61,893 nucleotides of DNA from Myxococcales bacterium (GCA_023248855.1 JAHFDS010000006.1:1-61893); one strand, 5' to 3'. Counted from the stretch's first letter, positions 43,095 through 52,544 are shown. The notes: a model not told the origin generated them from the letters alone. Program-made: numbers and translations.

Positions 43095-45085
43095 CAGGGC
43101 ACCTGGCCCGCGGCCGGGAGCTTGATGGCTGTCGCGTTCTTGGGTACCACCGGCGGCTCCGCGTCCCGAAGGGCGAGGCCGAGCACGATCGCGGTGCCAA
43201 CGAGCAACATGGCGATGTAGCGCTGCACCTCGCCGTTCTGCAGAGGGCGGAGGATCTGCGCGAAGATGTCCACGATCTTCGCCGGGCCGTGCACGAGCCC
43301 GCGGTCCACCACCACCACATCGAAGCCACGGTGAAGGATGGCGGCGAGAGCGCGCAAGGGCCTGGCGAACAGCAGCGCGTAGGCCTCGTCGACCCAGTAC
43401 TTGCCCTTGACCGCCTCATAGACCCCAGGCGCCAGGGCCACGAAACGGTCGACCGCCGGCTTGGGTCCACCACGATAGAGCGCCGTGGCCACCGCGATGC
43501 CCGACAGCCCGGCGAAGAGACCAAGGCCCGCGAGCAGGTAGCTCAGGTGCTCCTCGACCTCGGGCTCGGATCCCTTGCGAATCACGGGATCGAGCCAGCT
43601 GCCGAACCAATCGTGGCCGGGCACGCCGAGGACCCCGGCCACGAGGGCGAGGCCGGCCAGGATCGCGAGCGGACCCCACATGATCGGCGAGGGATCATGC
43701 GCGCGCTCGTAGGTCTCGGCGTCCGATCGGGTCTCGCCCGAGAAGACGAGGTAGTACAGGCGGAACATGTAGAACGCGGTCAGCCCCGCCGTTAGGAGCA
43801 GCATGCCAAAGACCAGCTTCGGCAGCCACGGCGCCACACCCTCCCAGTGCGCGTGGAAGACGCTGCCCAGGATGGCGTCCTTCGACCAGAAGCCCGCGAG
43901 CGGGAAGATGCCGGCGATCGCCACGCAGTACACGAAGAACGTCCAGCGCAGGATGGGGGTCTTCCGTGCGAGGCCCCCCATGTCCATGATCTCGGTGCGG
44001 TCCGCCATCGCGTGCATGACCGCGCCGGCTCCAAGGAACAGCCCCGCCTTGAAGAAGGCGTGTGTCCCGAGGTGAAAGACGCCCGAAGCGGTGGCTTCGC
44101 CCGCCACACCGGCAAACATGAAGCCGAGCTGCGAGATGGTGGAGTATGCCAGCACCTTCTTGATGTCGGTCTGCGCGCAGCCGATGGTTGCGGCGAAGAG
44201 CGCCGTCAGCGCGCCCACGAACGCCACGATCGCGAGCGCCTCGGGCGCCATCGCATAGATGAACGACAGCCGCGCGACCATGTAGACGCCGGCCGTCACC
44301 ATGGTCGCGGCGTGGATGAGCGCGGAGACGGGAGTGGGACCGGCCATCGCGTCCGGCAGCCACACGTAGAGCGGGATCTGCGCAGATTTGCCGCAGGCCC
44401 CGATGAACAGGCAGAAGGCGACGGCGAAGGCCGCCGGCCTGCCCCACCACCAGTTCACGCCGAGCGCGCTGGCGTGCTCACGCAGCTGCCCGTAATCGAG
44501 CGTCTTGCAGAGCTCGACCAGGATGAAGATGCCAATCAGGAACGCGAAGTCACCCACGCGGTTCGTGATGAACGCCTTCTTCCCGGCGGTCGCGTTGGCC
44601 TCCTTGTCGTACCAGTAGCCGATGAGCAGGTACGAGCAGACGCCGACGCCCTCCCAGCCCACGAAGGTGAGCAAGAGGTTGTCACCGAGCACGAGGATGA
44701 GCATCGCGCCGGTGAACAGGTTGAGGTACCCGAAGAAGCGGGCCGGCGTCTCGTCGTGGGACATGTACTCCATCGAGTACACGTGGATGAGAAACCCCAC
44801 GCCGGTGACGATGAAGCACATCACGGCCGACAGCCGGTCGTAGAGAAAGCCGGCCGAGATGTCGATCCCGCCCGCGTTCATCCACTGAAACCAGGTCTCG
44901 TGGATGGCCTGGTCGGGGTGGTGACGCAGCGAGAGGAAGGCATCCAGCGCGATGCAGAAGGCCGCACCGACGGTGCCGTAGGCAACGGCGTGCACGAGCC
45001 CGCGCGGGAGCTTTCGCCCGACGAGCAGGTTCCATACCGCGCCCAGGATGGGCAGAAGCGGGATCCAGTGGAGTTCTGCGCGCAT
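43091..45085 (-). CDS. nuoL: NADH-quinone oxidoreductase subunit L
   Basis: KSAQIPLYVWLPDAMAGPTPVSALIHAATMV. Confidence 0.96.
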   Translation of the reverse strand: MRAELHWIPLLPILGAVWNLLVGRKLPRGLVHAVAYGTVGAAFCIALDAFLSLRHHPDQAIHETWFQWMNAGGIDISAGFLYDRLSAVMCFIVTGVGFLIHVYSMEYMSHDETPARFFGYLNLFTGAMLILVLGDNLLLTFVGWEGVGVCSYLLIGYWYDKEANATAGKKAFITNRVGDFAFLIGIFILVELCKTLDYGQLREHASALGVNWWWGRPAAFAVAFCLFIGACGKSAQIPLYVWLPDAMAGPTPVSALIHAATMVTAGVYMVARLSFIYAMAPEALAIVAFVGALTALFAATIGCAQTDIKKVLAYSTISQLGFMFAGVAGEATASGVFHLGTHAFFKAGLFLGAGAVMHAMADRTEIMDMGGLARKTPILRWTFFVYCVAIAGIFPLAGFWSKDAILGSVFHAHWEGVAPWLPKLVFGMLLLTAGLTAFYMFRLYYLVFSGETRSDAETYERAHDPSPIMWGPLAILAGLALVAGVLGVPGHDWFGSWLDPVIRKGSEPEVEEHLSYLLAGLGLFAGLSGIAVATALYRGGPKPAVDRFVALAPGVYEAVKGKYWVDEAYALLFARPLRALAAILHRGFDVVVVDRGLVHGPAKIVDIFAQILRPLQNGEVQRYIAMLLVGTAIVLGLALRDAEPPVVPKNATAIKLPAAGQVPW

Positions 45086-45095
45086 ATGGATTCTG

Positions 45096-45398
45096 TCAGT
45101 GCTTGAGCAGGGAGATGTCGTCGAGGCTCGCGCTCCGCCTCGTGCGGAAGATGCCGACGACGATGGCCAGACCTACGGCGGCTTCGGCCGCAGCGGTCGC
45201 GATCACCAGGAAGACGAACACGTGGGCGCGGTCATTGCCCCACTTCTGCGCGAACGCCAGAAACGCCAGGTTCGCGCTGTTGAGCATGAGCTCGATGCCC
45301 ATGAGCACGATGAGGACGTTGCGCCGGAAGATCACGGCCGACGCGCCGGTGAGGAGCAGGACCGCAGAAAGGATGAGGTAGTGGCTCGTCTGGACCAA
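45096..45398 (-). CDS. nuoK: NADH-quinone oxidoreductase subunit K
   Basis: RRNVL, IELMLNSAN, AAEAAVGLA. Confidence 0.95.
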   Translation of the reverse strand: MVQTSHYLILSAVLLLTGASAVIFRRNVLIVLMGIELMLNSANLAFLAFAQKWGNDRAHVFVFLVIATAAAEAAVGLAIVVGIFRTRRSASLDDISLLKH

Positions 45399-45404
45399 TG
45401 CGGC

Positions 45405-45998
45405 CTACCCTTCCACTTCGTGCGCCATCGCGTGGGCATCGTGGCCCAATTCGTCGTGGCCCTCCGCGTCGCTGCGCGCGGGCTTCGGGGCTGGTGGCTC
45501 GTGGTGGTGGCTGGCGATGACGAGCGCCCCGACGATCGCCACGAGCAGCAGCACCGAAATCGCTTCGAACGGGAACAGGTAGTCGGTCACGAGCAGCCTG
45601 CCGATCGACGCCACGGTGCCGAAGGTCGGGGGCGGCTCGGCCGCCTGGTGGGGGTAGTTCATCAAGACGCCCACCAGCCGCGAGCCGATGTACGCGATCC
45701 CGCCGAGCCCGAGCACCTTGGTGGCGATACCGCGCTGCTTCCACCACGGCTCGGACTCCTCGCGCCCGAGCAGCATGACCACGAAGATGAAGAGCACCAT
45801 GATGGCGCCCGCGTACACGAGGACCTGGATGACCGCGATGAAGTGCGCGTAGAGGGTCACGTACACGCCCGCGAGGGCGAAGAAGGTGCCCACCAGGCAC
45901 ATGACCGCGACCACGGGATTGGTCCGGGTCACCGTCGCGACGGCGCCCACGACCGCCAGCGCCGCGAACGCATAGAAGAGGATCTGTGTGCCGCTCAT
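45405..45998 (-). CDS. nuoJ: NADH-quinone oxidoreductase subunit J
   Basis: QVLVYAGAIMVLFIFVVML, YLFPFE; His/acidic tail. Confidence 0.95.
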   Translation of the reverse strand: MSGTQILFYAFAALAVVGAVATVTRTNPVVAVMCLVGTFFALAGVYVTLYAHFIAVIQVLVYAGAIMVLFIFVVMLLGREESEPWWKQRGIATKVLGLGGIAYIGSRLVGVLMNYPHQAAEPPPTFGTVASIGRLLVTDYLFPFEAISVLLLVAIVGALVIASHHHEPPAPKPARSDAEGHDELGHDAHAMAHEVEG

Positions 45999-46087
45999 CG
46001 GGGCTCCGCTGCCCTTCCGGCACGCCGGAAGGGCCGACAGCGAGGAGCTCCTGCCGCGGGCAGGAGCCAGGAGGGCTGCGCGGTCAT
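45995..46087 (-). CDS. 30-aa ORF bridging nuoF and nuoJ
   Basis: MTAQPSWLLPAAGAPRCRPFRRAGRAAEPR; ATGA overlaps with both the nuoF stop and the nuoJ start. Confidence 0.45.
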   Translation of the reverse strand: MTAQPSWLLPAAGAPRCRPFRRAGRAAEPR

Positions 46088-47460
46088 GCCGCCTTGCGCT
46101 CGCGAGCCAGGAAGTCCTCGCGGAACTTGGTGAGAAAGCCCAGCATCGGCCAGGCTGCGGCTTCGCCGAGCGGGCAGATGGTGTTGCCGGCGATGCCGTG
46201 CGCAATCTCCGCGAGGAGGTCCACGTCGCCGGCCTTGCCCTCGCCGGTGGCCAGGCGGGTGCAGACGCGCGCGAGCCAGCCCGTGCCCTCGCGACAGGGC
46301 GTGCACTGGCCGCAGGATTCGTGGTGGTAGAAGCGCATGATGCGGGCGCAAAGCGCGACCACGTCGGTCGACTCGTCGAACACCACGACCCCGCCCGAGC
46401 CCGCCATCGTCTTGAGGCGCCGGCCACCGCCCATGTCGAACGGCATGTCGGGCTTGACCATGACGTCCTTGATGCGCGGATCGGTCATGAGCGCGTCGAA
46501 CTCGCAAGGCACGTCGATCTCGCTCGCATCGAGCGGCGGCATCGAGGACCCGCCCGGGATGATGCCGCGCAACTTGCGACCGTTCGGGATCCCGCCAGCG
46601 GTCTCGTAGATCATGTGGCGGAAGGTGACGCCCATCGGCAGCTCGTAGACCCCGGGCTTGTTCACGTGCCCGGAGACGCACACGATGCGCGTCCCGCCGG
46701 ACTTGCCGATGCCGAGCCTGGCGAACCACTCGCCGCCCTTGAGGACGATGTGCGGCAGGTTGCCGAGCGTCTCGACGTTGTTGACGATCGTGGGCTTTCC
46801 GAACAGGCCCTTGACCGCGGGGAACGGCGGCTTGAGACGCGGCCAGCCGCGCTTGCCCTCGAGCGAGTTCAAGAGTGCCGTCTCCTCGCCGCAGATGTAG
46901 GCACCCGCGCCCCGATGGATGACCAGCTCGAGCGCGTAGGGGCCCTCGGCCGACGCCTGCTCCTTGCCGAGCAAGCCAGCCGCGTAGGCCTCCTCGACGG
47001 CGCGCACGAGGGTCTTGGCCTCCTGCATCATCTCGCCGCGAATGTAGATGTAGCCGCGCTTGACCCCGAGCGCGTACGACGCGATCAAGAAGCCCTCGAT
47101 GAGCTGGTGCGGGTCGTACTCGACCAGCTCGCGATCCTTGCAGGTGCCCGGCTCCGATTCGTCGCAGTTGCAGACGAGGTAGATCTCCTTGGCGTCCTTC
47201 GGCAGAAAGGTCCACTTGAGCCCGGTCGCAAAACCCGCGCCGCCGCGGCCGCGAAGGTTCGACTTCTTGACCTCGTCCACGAGGGCTGCACGCGGCATCG
47301 AGAGGGCCTTCTTCAGCGCCTCGTAGCCGCCCGTCTTGCGGTAGCCCTCGAGGGTCCGCGCGATCGCCACGCCGCCGTGGAACTGCGGGAAATTGCGCGT
47401 CACGAGACGCGTCGTCCACGCCTCCGCTGGGATCAGTGGCGCCTGTGCCGGGTCGCTCAT
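46084..47460 (-). CDS. nuoF: NADH-quinone oxidoreductase subunit F
   Basis: LRGRGGAGF, DESEPG, YICGEETAL, ESCGQCTPCREG, TICPL. Confidence 0.96.
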   Translation of the reverse strand: MSDPAQAPLIPAEAWTTRLVTRNFPQFHGGVAIARTLEGYRKTGGYEALKKALSMPRAALVDEVKKSNLRGRGGAGFATGLKWTFLPKDAKEIYLVCNCDESEPGTCKDRELVEYDPHQLIEGFLIASYALGVKRGYIYIRGEMMQEAKTLVRAVEEAYAAGLLGKEQASAEGPYALELVIHRGAGAYICGEETALLNSLEGKRGWPRLKPPFPAVKGLFGKPTIVNNVETLGNLPHIVLKGGEWFARLGIGKSGGTRIVCVSGHVNKPGVYELPMGVTFRHMIYETAGGIPNGRKLRGIIPGGSSMPPLDASEIDVPCEFDALMTDPRIKDVMVKPDMPFDMGGGRRLKTMAGSGGVVVFDESTDVVALCARIMRFYHHESCGQCTPCREGTGWLARVCTRLATGEGKAGDVDLLAEIAHGIAGNTICPLGEAAAWPMLGFLTKFREDFLARERKAA

Positions 47461-47954
47461 GCGATCTCCTTGGCGGGGAGCGTGCGCAGCCGGTCGATCA
47501 CGCGATCGACCGAGGCCGCATCGAGGCGGAGGTGGTACTCGTCGCCGCAGATCATCATCGGCGCGTCGGCACAGGCGGCCAGGCACTCCTCTTCGATGAG
47601 GGTGAACATGCCGTCGGGCGTGGTCTGGCCGGCCTTGATGCCGAGCCTGCGCTCGAGGTGCGCAAGGATCTCGTAGCCGCCCTTCAACATGCACGAGACG
47701 TTGGTGCAGACGAGCAGCTCGTGGCGGCCGTGTTTCTCCTGATGGAACATCGTGTAGAACGTCACGACGCCATAGACGTGTGACTCCGGGAGCTCGAGCG
47801 TTCGCGACACCAGGTCGATGACCTCGGGCGACAGCTGCCCGAACTCTCGTTGAGCGATGTGCAAGACAGGCAGCAGCGCGGCCTGGCGTTCCGGGTAGAG
47901 CTTCACCGTCGCCGAGACGCGCCTCTGCGTGCTCTCCGAAAACACGAGCGCCAT
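47457..47954 (-). CDS. nuoE: NADH-quinone oxidoreductase subunit E
   Basis: VVTFYTMF, CTNVSC, ECLAAC. Confidence 0.95.
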   Translation of the reverse strand: MALVFSESTQRRVSATVKLYPERQAALLPVLHIAQREFGQLSPEVIDLVSRTLELPESHVYGVVTFYTMFHQEKHGRHELLVCTNVSCMLKGGYEILAHLERRLGIKAGQTTPDGMFTLIEEECLAACADAPMMICGDEYHLRLDAASVDRVIDRLRTLPAKEIA

Positions 47955-47965
47955 GAGCGCGCGGC

Positions 47966-47994
47966 AAAGTATGTGAGAGGTCTGGGGATGTCAA
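47966..47994 (-). promoter_or_regulatory. Sigma70-like promoter of nuoE
   Basis: TTGACA-N17-TACTTT, 11 nt before the ATG. Confidence 0.75.
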
Positions 47995-48188
47995 GCCAGG
48001 GGCGAAGACAGCTGCTGTCACCAGGGCGCTGGAGCGACCGGGATGACGCGAGCGCAGCGAGGCGAGTCCTCGCGGAGAGCATCGGGCGCCACAGCGGGGA
48101 TGACCGCCTTGCGCCGGCCAGCGCCCCAATGGCGCCATGTTCGCAATCGACACCGCTCGGCTGGCAGTCGCAAGGGGTGGGATCGAAA

Positions 48189-48602
48189 CTAGCCAGCCCG
48201 CGTATCGCTGCGTGCCTCTTCCAGCTTGCGCACTGCCCTGCGGGCCGCCTCGGCGCGTGGGCCTTGCTCGGCCGCCCACGAGCGAAGCGCATGCTCGGCC
48301 TCGGTCCGCACTCGCTCGTCGTCGTCGTGCTGTGCCCGATGCAGCAGAAGGGGAATGGCCTGCGTGGCACCGGCGCGCCGGAGCGCGACCAGGAGGTTGA
48401 GCCGTCCCGTGACCCCGGCGCCATGCAGCGCCGCCTCGATCTCGGGCACCGCCCGCACGCCCCGGTCGGCGACCCTCGCCACGACGCTCTCGGGCAAGCT
48501 GTCCTCGCGCGCCAGCCGCTGAACATCGAGCTCCAGGCCACGGTCGCTCGCGCTCGTGCAGGCGGCGAGGGCGCACAGCAGGAGACTCCTGCCCGCGTTC
48601 AC
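48189..48602 (-). CDS. Small HEAT-repeat lipoprotein
   Basis: Lipobox LAAC; [14 protein letters not shown]; GTGA overlap with the dusB stop. Confidence 0.65.
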   Translation of the reverse strand: MNAGRSLLLCALAACTSASDRGLELDVQRLAREDSLPESVVARVADRGVRAVPEIEAALHGAGVTGRLNLLVALRRAGATQAIPLLLHRAQHDDDERVRTEAEHALRSWAAEQGPRAEAARRAVRKLEEARSDTRAG

Positions 48603-49576
48603 CGCAAGCCGTCGAAGTAGGTGTGAGCCGCTTCGAGCAAGACCGGGAGGTCCTTGGTCTTGAACACGGCGTTGCGAAACGCCGCGCCATTGGCCTGGTT
48701 GCGCGAGTACCACGCGCAGGCCTTGCGTACCTCCGTGACATGTCGCTTCGGCTGGGCCAGGTTGCCGATGAGCGTGACGTGTCGCCGGAACGCCTGGCGT
48801 CTTTCCTCGAGCGAGGGCGCGCCCGGGTCGCGCTCTCCGCCTAGGAGCGCGCGGAGCGAGCGGAAGAACCAGGGATTCCCGAGCGCCCCACGCCCGATCA
48901 TGACCCCGTCACACCCGGTGACGTCGCGCATGCGCCGGTAACCATCGAGGTCCACGACGTCACCGTTGCCGACGACTGGAATCGTGGAGGGCAACGCCTG
49001 TCGCACGCGCCGGATGACTTCGAGGTCGGCCTGGCCCGAAAAGCCCTGCGCCCGCGTCCGCCCGTGCACCGTGATCATCGCGGCGCCGGCCTCGACCAGC
49101 GCCGAGGCGAACTCCGGCGCGTTCAGGTGGCGCTCGTCCCAGCCCGCGCGATGCTTGACCGTCACGGGGATGTGGGCGGGGACCACGGCGCGCACGCCGC
49201 GCACGATGTCCTGCGCGAGGGCGGGCTCCTTCATGAGCGCCGAGCCGCACCAACCCTGGACGACCTTCTTCGCCGGGCAGCCCATGTTGATGTCGATGAG
49301 CGACGCGCCGCGCTCGACACCCATCATCGCGGCGCGCGCCATGGTGTGGCTGTCGCGCCCGAAGATCTGCACGCCGAAGGCGCGGCCGTCGAGCGACGCC
49401 TCGAGCTTGGACACCATCGCCTCGGCGCCCGAGGTGAGCCCGTCCGCGGAGAGGAACTCCGTGATGGTGAAGCCGGCACCATGCTCCTCACACACGGTGC
49501 GAAAGGGCAGATCCGTGACCGCGGCCATGGGCGCGAGGAACACAGGGACGGGTACGCCCAAGCTTGCAATCTGCAT
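48599..49576 (-). CDS. dusB: tRNA-dihydrouridine synthase
   Basis: LAPMAAVTD, DINMGCP, TVHGRT, GNGDV, GRGALGNPW. Confidence 0.93.
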   Translation of the reverse strand: MQIASLGVPVPVFLAPMAAVTDLPFRTVCEEHGAGFTITEFLSADGLTSGAEAMVSKLEASLDGRAFGVQIFGRDSHTMARAAMMGVERGASLIDINMGCPAKKVVQGWCGSALMKEPALAQDIVRGVRAVVPAHIPVTVKHRAGWDERHLNAPEFASALVEAGAAMITVHGRTRAQGFSGQADLEVIRRVRQALPSTIPVVGNGDVVDLDGYRRMRDVTGCDGVMIGRGALGNPWFFRSLRALLGGERDPGAPSLEERRQAFRRHVTLIGNLAQPKRHVTEVRKACAWYSRNQANGAAFRNAVFKTKDLPVLLEAAHTYFDGLR

Positions 49577-49772
49577 GATCGCCCTGGTAGCCAGCGTATC
49601 GGATCAGGTCAGCGAGTGAAGCGGGAGACGCAGGGGCGGAGTTGGTCAAGGCCCATGGGTCGGGGTCCTAGCACATGCGGGCTGGGAAGCCCAGCCGCCC
49701 GACGCGGCGCGTCGCGCTCGCGTGCGACGCAGGAACGTTGTACAAGCGCGACCATCCGAGGAGGCACCAGAG

Positions 49773-50516
49773 ATGAAGACCCCGCCAGGCGACGAGCACT
49801 TGCTGACCGTGCGCGAGCTCGCCGAGTACATGCAGCTGCCCGAGCGAACCGTGCACAAGCTGGCGACCGAGGGCGAGGTCCCCGGCGTCAAGCTCGGTGA
49901 TCAGTGGCGCTTCAAGCGCATCGTGATCGATGCCTGGCTCGACGAGCGCATGTCGCACAGCTCCGACGATGCATCCGACATGGACGTCGCCACCATCCCC
50001 GATGGCGCCTCGCTGCCGCTCAGGGACCTGCTCGACGAATCCTCGGTGATCCCGGACCTGCGTGGCCGCGATCGCGCGCAGGTCATCGAGGAGATGGCCC
50101 AGCGGGCTTTCGAGAAGGGCTTCGTCGCCGACAAGCCGTGGTTCGTGGGCGCGCTGGTGGAGCGCGAGAGCATGACGCCGACCGCGATCGAGGGGGGCGT
50201 GGCCTTCCTGCACACGCGCCAGCGCAACTCGCGCCGCATCTCGAAGCCCTTCATCCTCATGGGGCGCCACCACGCCGGTGTGGACTTCGGGGCGGCGGAC
50301 GGGCGTCCCACGAACCTCCTGTTCCTGCTCGGGCTGAAGTACGACCGGATCCACTTGCCGATTCTCGGGCGTCTGGCGCGCGTGCTGCGCGCTGGGGACC
50401 TGCCGACCAAGCTGCGCGCCGCCCCCACGGCACAGCGCATGTCGGCGCTGCTGCTCGAGGCCGACGTGCGGGGCATGCGCGAGCGGGCGACGGCCAAGAA
50501 GGCAGGCAAGAAGTGA
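49773..50516 (+). CDS. Excisionase-like HTH fused to a PTS EIIA (Ntr/Fru-type) domain
   Basis: LLTVRELAEYM...PGVKLGDQWRF; ERESMTPTAIEGGVAFLH, GVDFGAADG; SD GAGGAGG. Confidence 0.87.
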   Translation: MKTPPGDEHLLTVRELAEYMQLPERTVHKLATEGEVPGVKLGDQWRFKRIVIDAWLDERMSHSSDDASDMDVATIPDGASLPLRDLLDESSVIPDLRGRDRAQVIEEMAQRAFEKGFVADKPWFVGALVERESMTPTAIEGGVAFLHTRQRNSRRISKPFILMGRHHAGVDFGAADGRPTNLLFLLGLKYDRIHLPILGRLARVLRAGDLPTKLRAAPTAQRMSALLLEADVRGMRERATAKKAGKK

Positions 50517-51217
50517 CTCGCCTGGCCCGCACGATCGCGATCGCGCTCTTGGCGCTCGGCGCCCTGACGGCGTCCGCGTCCGCGGCGCCGGGCAAGGGGA
50601 AGAAGGCCGCGGGCAGCAAGAAGGCGAAGAAGAAGGCGGCGATCTCCAAGGCCGCGCCCGACGTCCAGCTCGAGGTACGGGCCGTCCTCTTGGAGTATTC
50701 GAAGGCGCTGGGGGCGCACGACTGGCAGAAGGCGAGCGCCTTCTACACCGACGACGCGACGCTTTGGGGGAACCGCAAGCTGCGCGGCAAGGAAGCCATC
50801 GTCGCCTGGCTCAAGGACTTCACCAGCCTCAAGATGGTCGACATGACGCTCCGGGACACCCTGGTCCGGAACGTCGGCGACGGCATCGTGACCGTGCTCG
50901 GACATTGGGATTCGTCGGTGGCGTGGGAGGAGAAGGGCAAGCTCCAGACCACCAGTGCCAAGGACGGGTCGTTCCTGTACGTCATGGTCAAGCAGGGGAG
51001 CGCCTGGAAGGTCCAGACCGCCCTCGTGGCGCGCAAGTCGGGCATCGGCTCGGCACCCGCCAGCGCAGCCACGCCCGCCGGCAAGGAACCGGCGAAGGTC
51101 GAGCCTCCGAGCGAGCAACCCAAGCCGGAGGACGAGGAGGAAGGCGACGACGAAGAAGAAGGCGAGGCCGGCGGCAAGGACAAGGGCAAGGACAAGCCCG
51201 CCAAGCCCAAGAAGTAG
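50513..51217 (+). CDS. Exported NTF2/SnoaL-like protein with basic N-terminus and acidic C-terminal tail
   Basis: Signal peptide; HDWQKASAFYTDDA...GKEAI...GSAWK; GTGA overlap with upstream gene. Confidence 0.7.
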   Translation: MTRLARTIAIALLALGALTASASAAPGKGKKAAGSKKAKKKAAISKAAPDVQLEVRAVLLEYSKALGAHDWQKASAFYTDDATLWGNRKLRGKEAIVAWLKDFTSLKMVDMTLRDTLVRNVGDGIVTVLGHWDSSVAWEEKGKLQTTSAKDGSFLYVMVKQGSAWKVQTALVARKSGIGSAPASAATPAGKEPAKVEPPSEQPKPEDEEEGDDEEEGEAGGKDKGKDKPAKPKK

Positions 51218-51307
51218 CCGCCCCGCTCATCCGAACAGTGTGGAAATATCCTAGGTATGATTGCCCAGGCGCGCCATGTTGTTTCTAGTCACCCAGTAAA
51301 ATTTCCC

Positions 51308-51336
51308 TTTACATGTAATCGACCCCTTGCTACTTT
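51308..51336 (+). promoter_or_regulatory. Sigma70-like promoter with a palindrome over the -35
   Basis: TTTACA-N17-TACTTT; TTACATGTAA at 51309-51318; locally AT-rich. Confidence 0.65.
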
Positions 51337-51398
51337 GGTGACGCGGTCGCTGGGCGGCAGTGTCGCCCCCTGAAGACCGGCGGGAAGGGAGAGAGTCG

Positions 51399-51578
51399 AT
51401 GAGCTTCACTGGAGTCAAGGTCTTCTCTGCAACCAAGGCGCGGGAGCGGGACGAGCTGGGAGAACAGGTGACGCGTTGGCTGCGGGAGAACCCGGAGCGC
51501 CATGTGGTTGCCAAGAAGGTCACGCAGTCCTCGGATTCCGAGTTCCACTGCCTGACCATCACGCTCTTCTACCGCTAG
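51399..51578 (+). CDS. 59-aa hypothetical protein
   Basis: MSFTGVKVFSATKARERDELGE...TQSSDSEFHCLTITLFYR; purine-rich SD and own promoter; resembles a small myxobacterial family from memory (unverified). Confidence 0.75.
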   Translation: MSFTGVKVFSATKARERDELGEQVTRWLRENPERHVVAKKVTQSSDSEFHCLTITLFYR

Positions 51579-51620
51579 CTAGCTCGCCGCCACGACCCCG
51601 CGGACTGATACGCTGCCGGC

Positions 51621-52544
51621 GTGCTCGTCTACGCTGGCAGCTCTCATCCCACCCTCGTCGACGCAGTCTGCGCCAAGCTCGGCTGCGCACCCGGCCGGGT
51701 GCGGCGCGTCCGCTTCTCCAATGACTGCATCAAGGTGCAGATCGAAGATGCCGTCCGCGACGCGGATGCCTTCGTGGTCCAGACGGGCGCGCCCCCACTA
51801 TCCGATCACCTGGTCGAGCTGTTCATCCTGCTCGACGCCCTTCGAGCAGCCTCCGCGCGCCGGATCACGGTCGCCCTGCCCTACTACCCCTACGTGCGCT
51901 CGGACAAGAAGGACGAGCCTGGCGTCTCGATCACCGCCCGGCTGGTGGCGGACTTGCTGGCGGCGTCGGGCGCCGATCGCGTGCTCCTGCTCGACCTGCA
52001 CGCGCCGCAGGTCCAGGGATTCTTCCGCATCCCCGCCGATCACGGCACGGCGGTGCCGCTCTTGGCCGAGGCGGTGCGGCAGGTGGTGCCGCTCGACCGA
52101 TTGACCGTGGTGGCGCCCGATGCGGGCGCGGCCAAGCTGGCCGAGCGCTACGCCAAGCTACTCGGAGCCGAGATCGCGATCCTCGAGAAGGCGCGCAGCG
52201 GCGACGACGAGCGCGCGCGCGCCATCCGGATGGTCGGCGACATCGCGGGGCGCGATGCGCTCGTGGTGGACGACGAGGTCTCCACGGGCGGCACGCTCGT
52301 CGAGGCGGTGGACCTCTTGCACGCGCGCGGGGCGCGCAAGGTGTTCGCGTCCATCGTCCACGGCTGCCTGGTCGGGCCCGCCCTCGAGCGGCTCAGCGCG
52401 TCGAGGCTCGAGCGGCTCATCACGACCGACACCCTGCCCCCGAAGCTCCATCCCAAGGTCCACACGGTCACCGTGGCCCCGCTACTCGCCGAGCTGATCG
52501 CGCGGATCCACCGCGGCGCCTCGATCGACGATCTGTGGGTGTAG
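51621..52544 (+). CDS. prs: Ribose-phosphate pyrophosphokinase
   Basis: PYYPYVRSDKK, DLHAPQVQGFF, VAPDAG, VDDEVSTGGT. Confidence 0.92.
   Translation: MLVYAGSSHPTLVDAVCAKLGCAPGRVRRVRFSNDCIKVQIEDAVRDADAFVVQTGAPPLSDHLVELFILLDALRAASARRITVALPYYPYVRSDKKDEPGVSITARLVADLLAASGADRVLLLDLHAPQVQGFFRIPADHGTAVPLLAEAVRQVVPLDRLTVVAPDAGAAKLAERYAKLLGAEIAILEKARSGDDERARAIRMVGDIAGRDALVVDDEVSTGGTLVEAVDLLHARGARKVFASIVHGCLVGPALERLSASRLERLITTDTLPPKLHPKVHTVTVAPLLAELIARIHRGASIDDLWV

Noticed and set aside
45405-48741. Apparent long N-terminal fusions on nuoF and nuoJ (also sucD, anmK, dapB, rlmN) in the ORF track
   Set aside because: Upstream open-frame extensions overlapping real genes; coupled internal starts fit better.
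49773-49950. Excisionase-like HTH as sign of a prophage or integrative element
   Set aside because: Fused to PTS EIIA; no integrase, att site or phage genes nearby.
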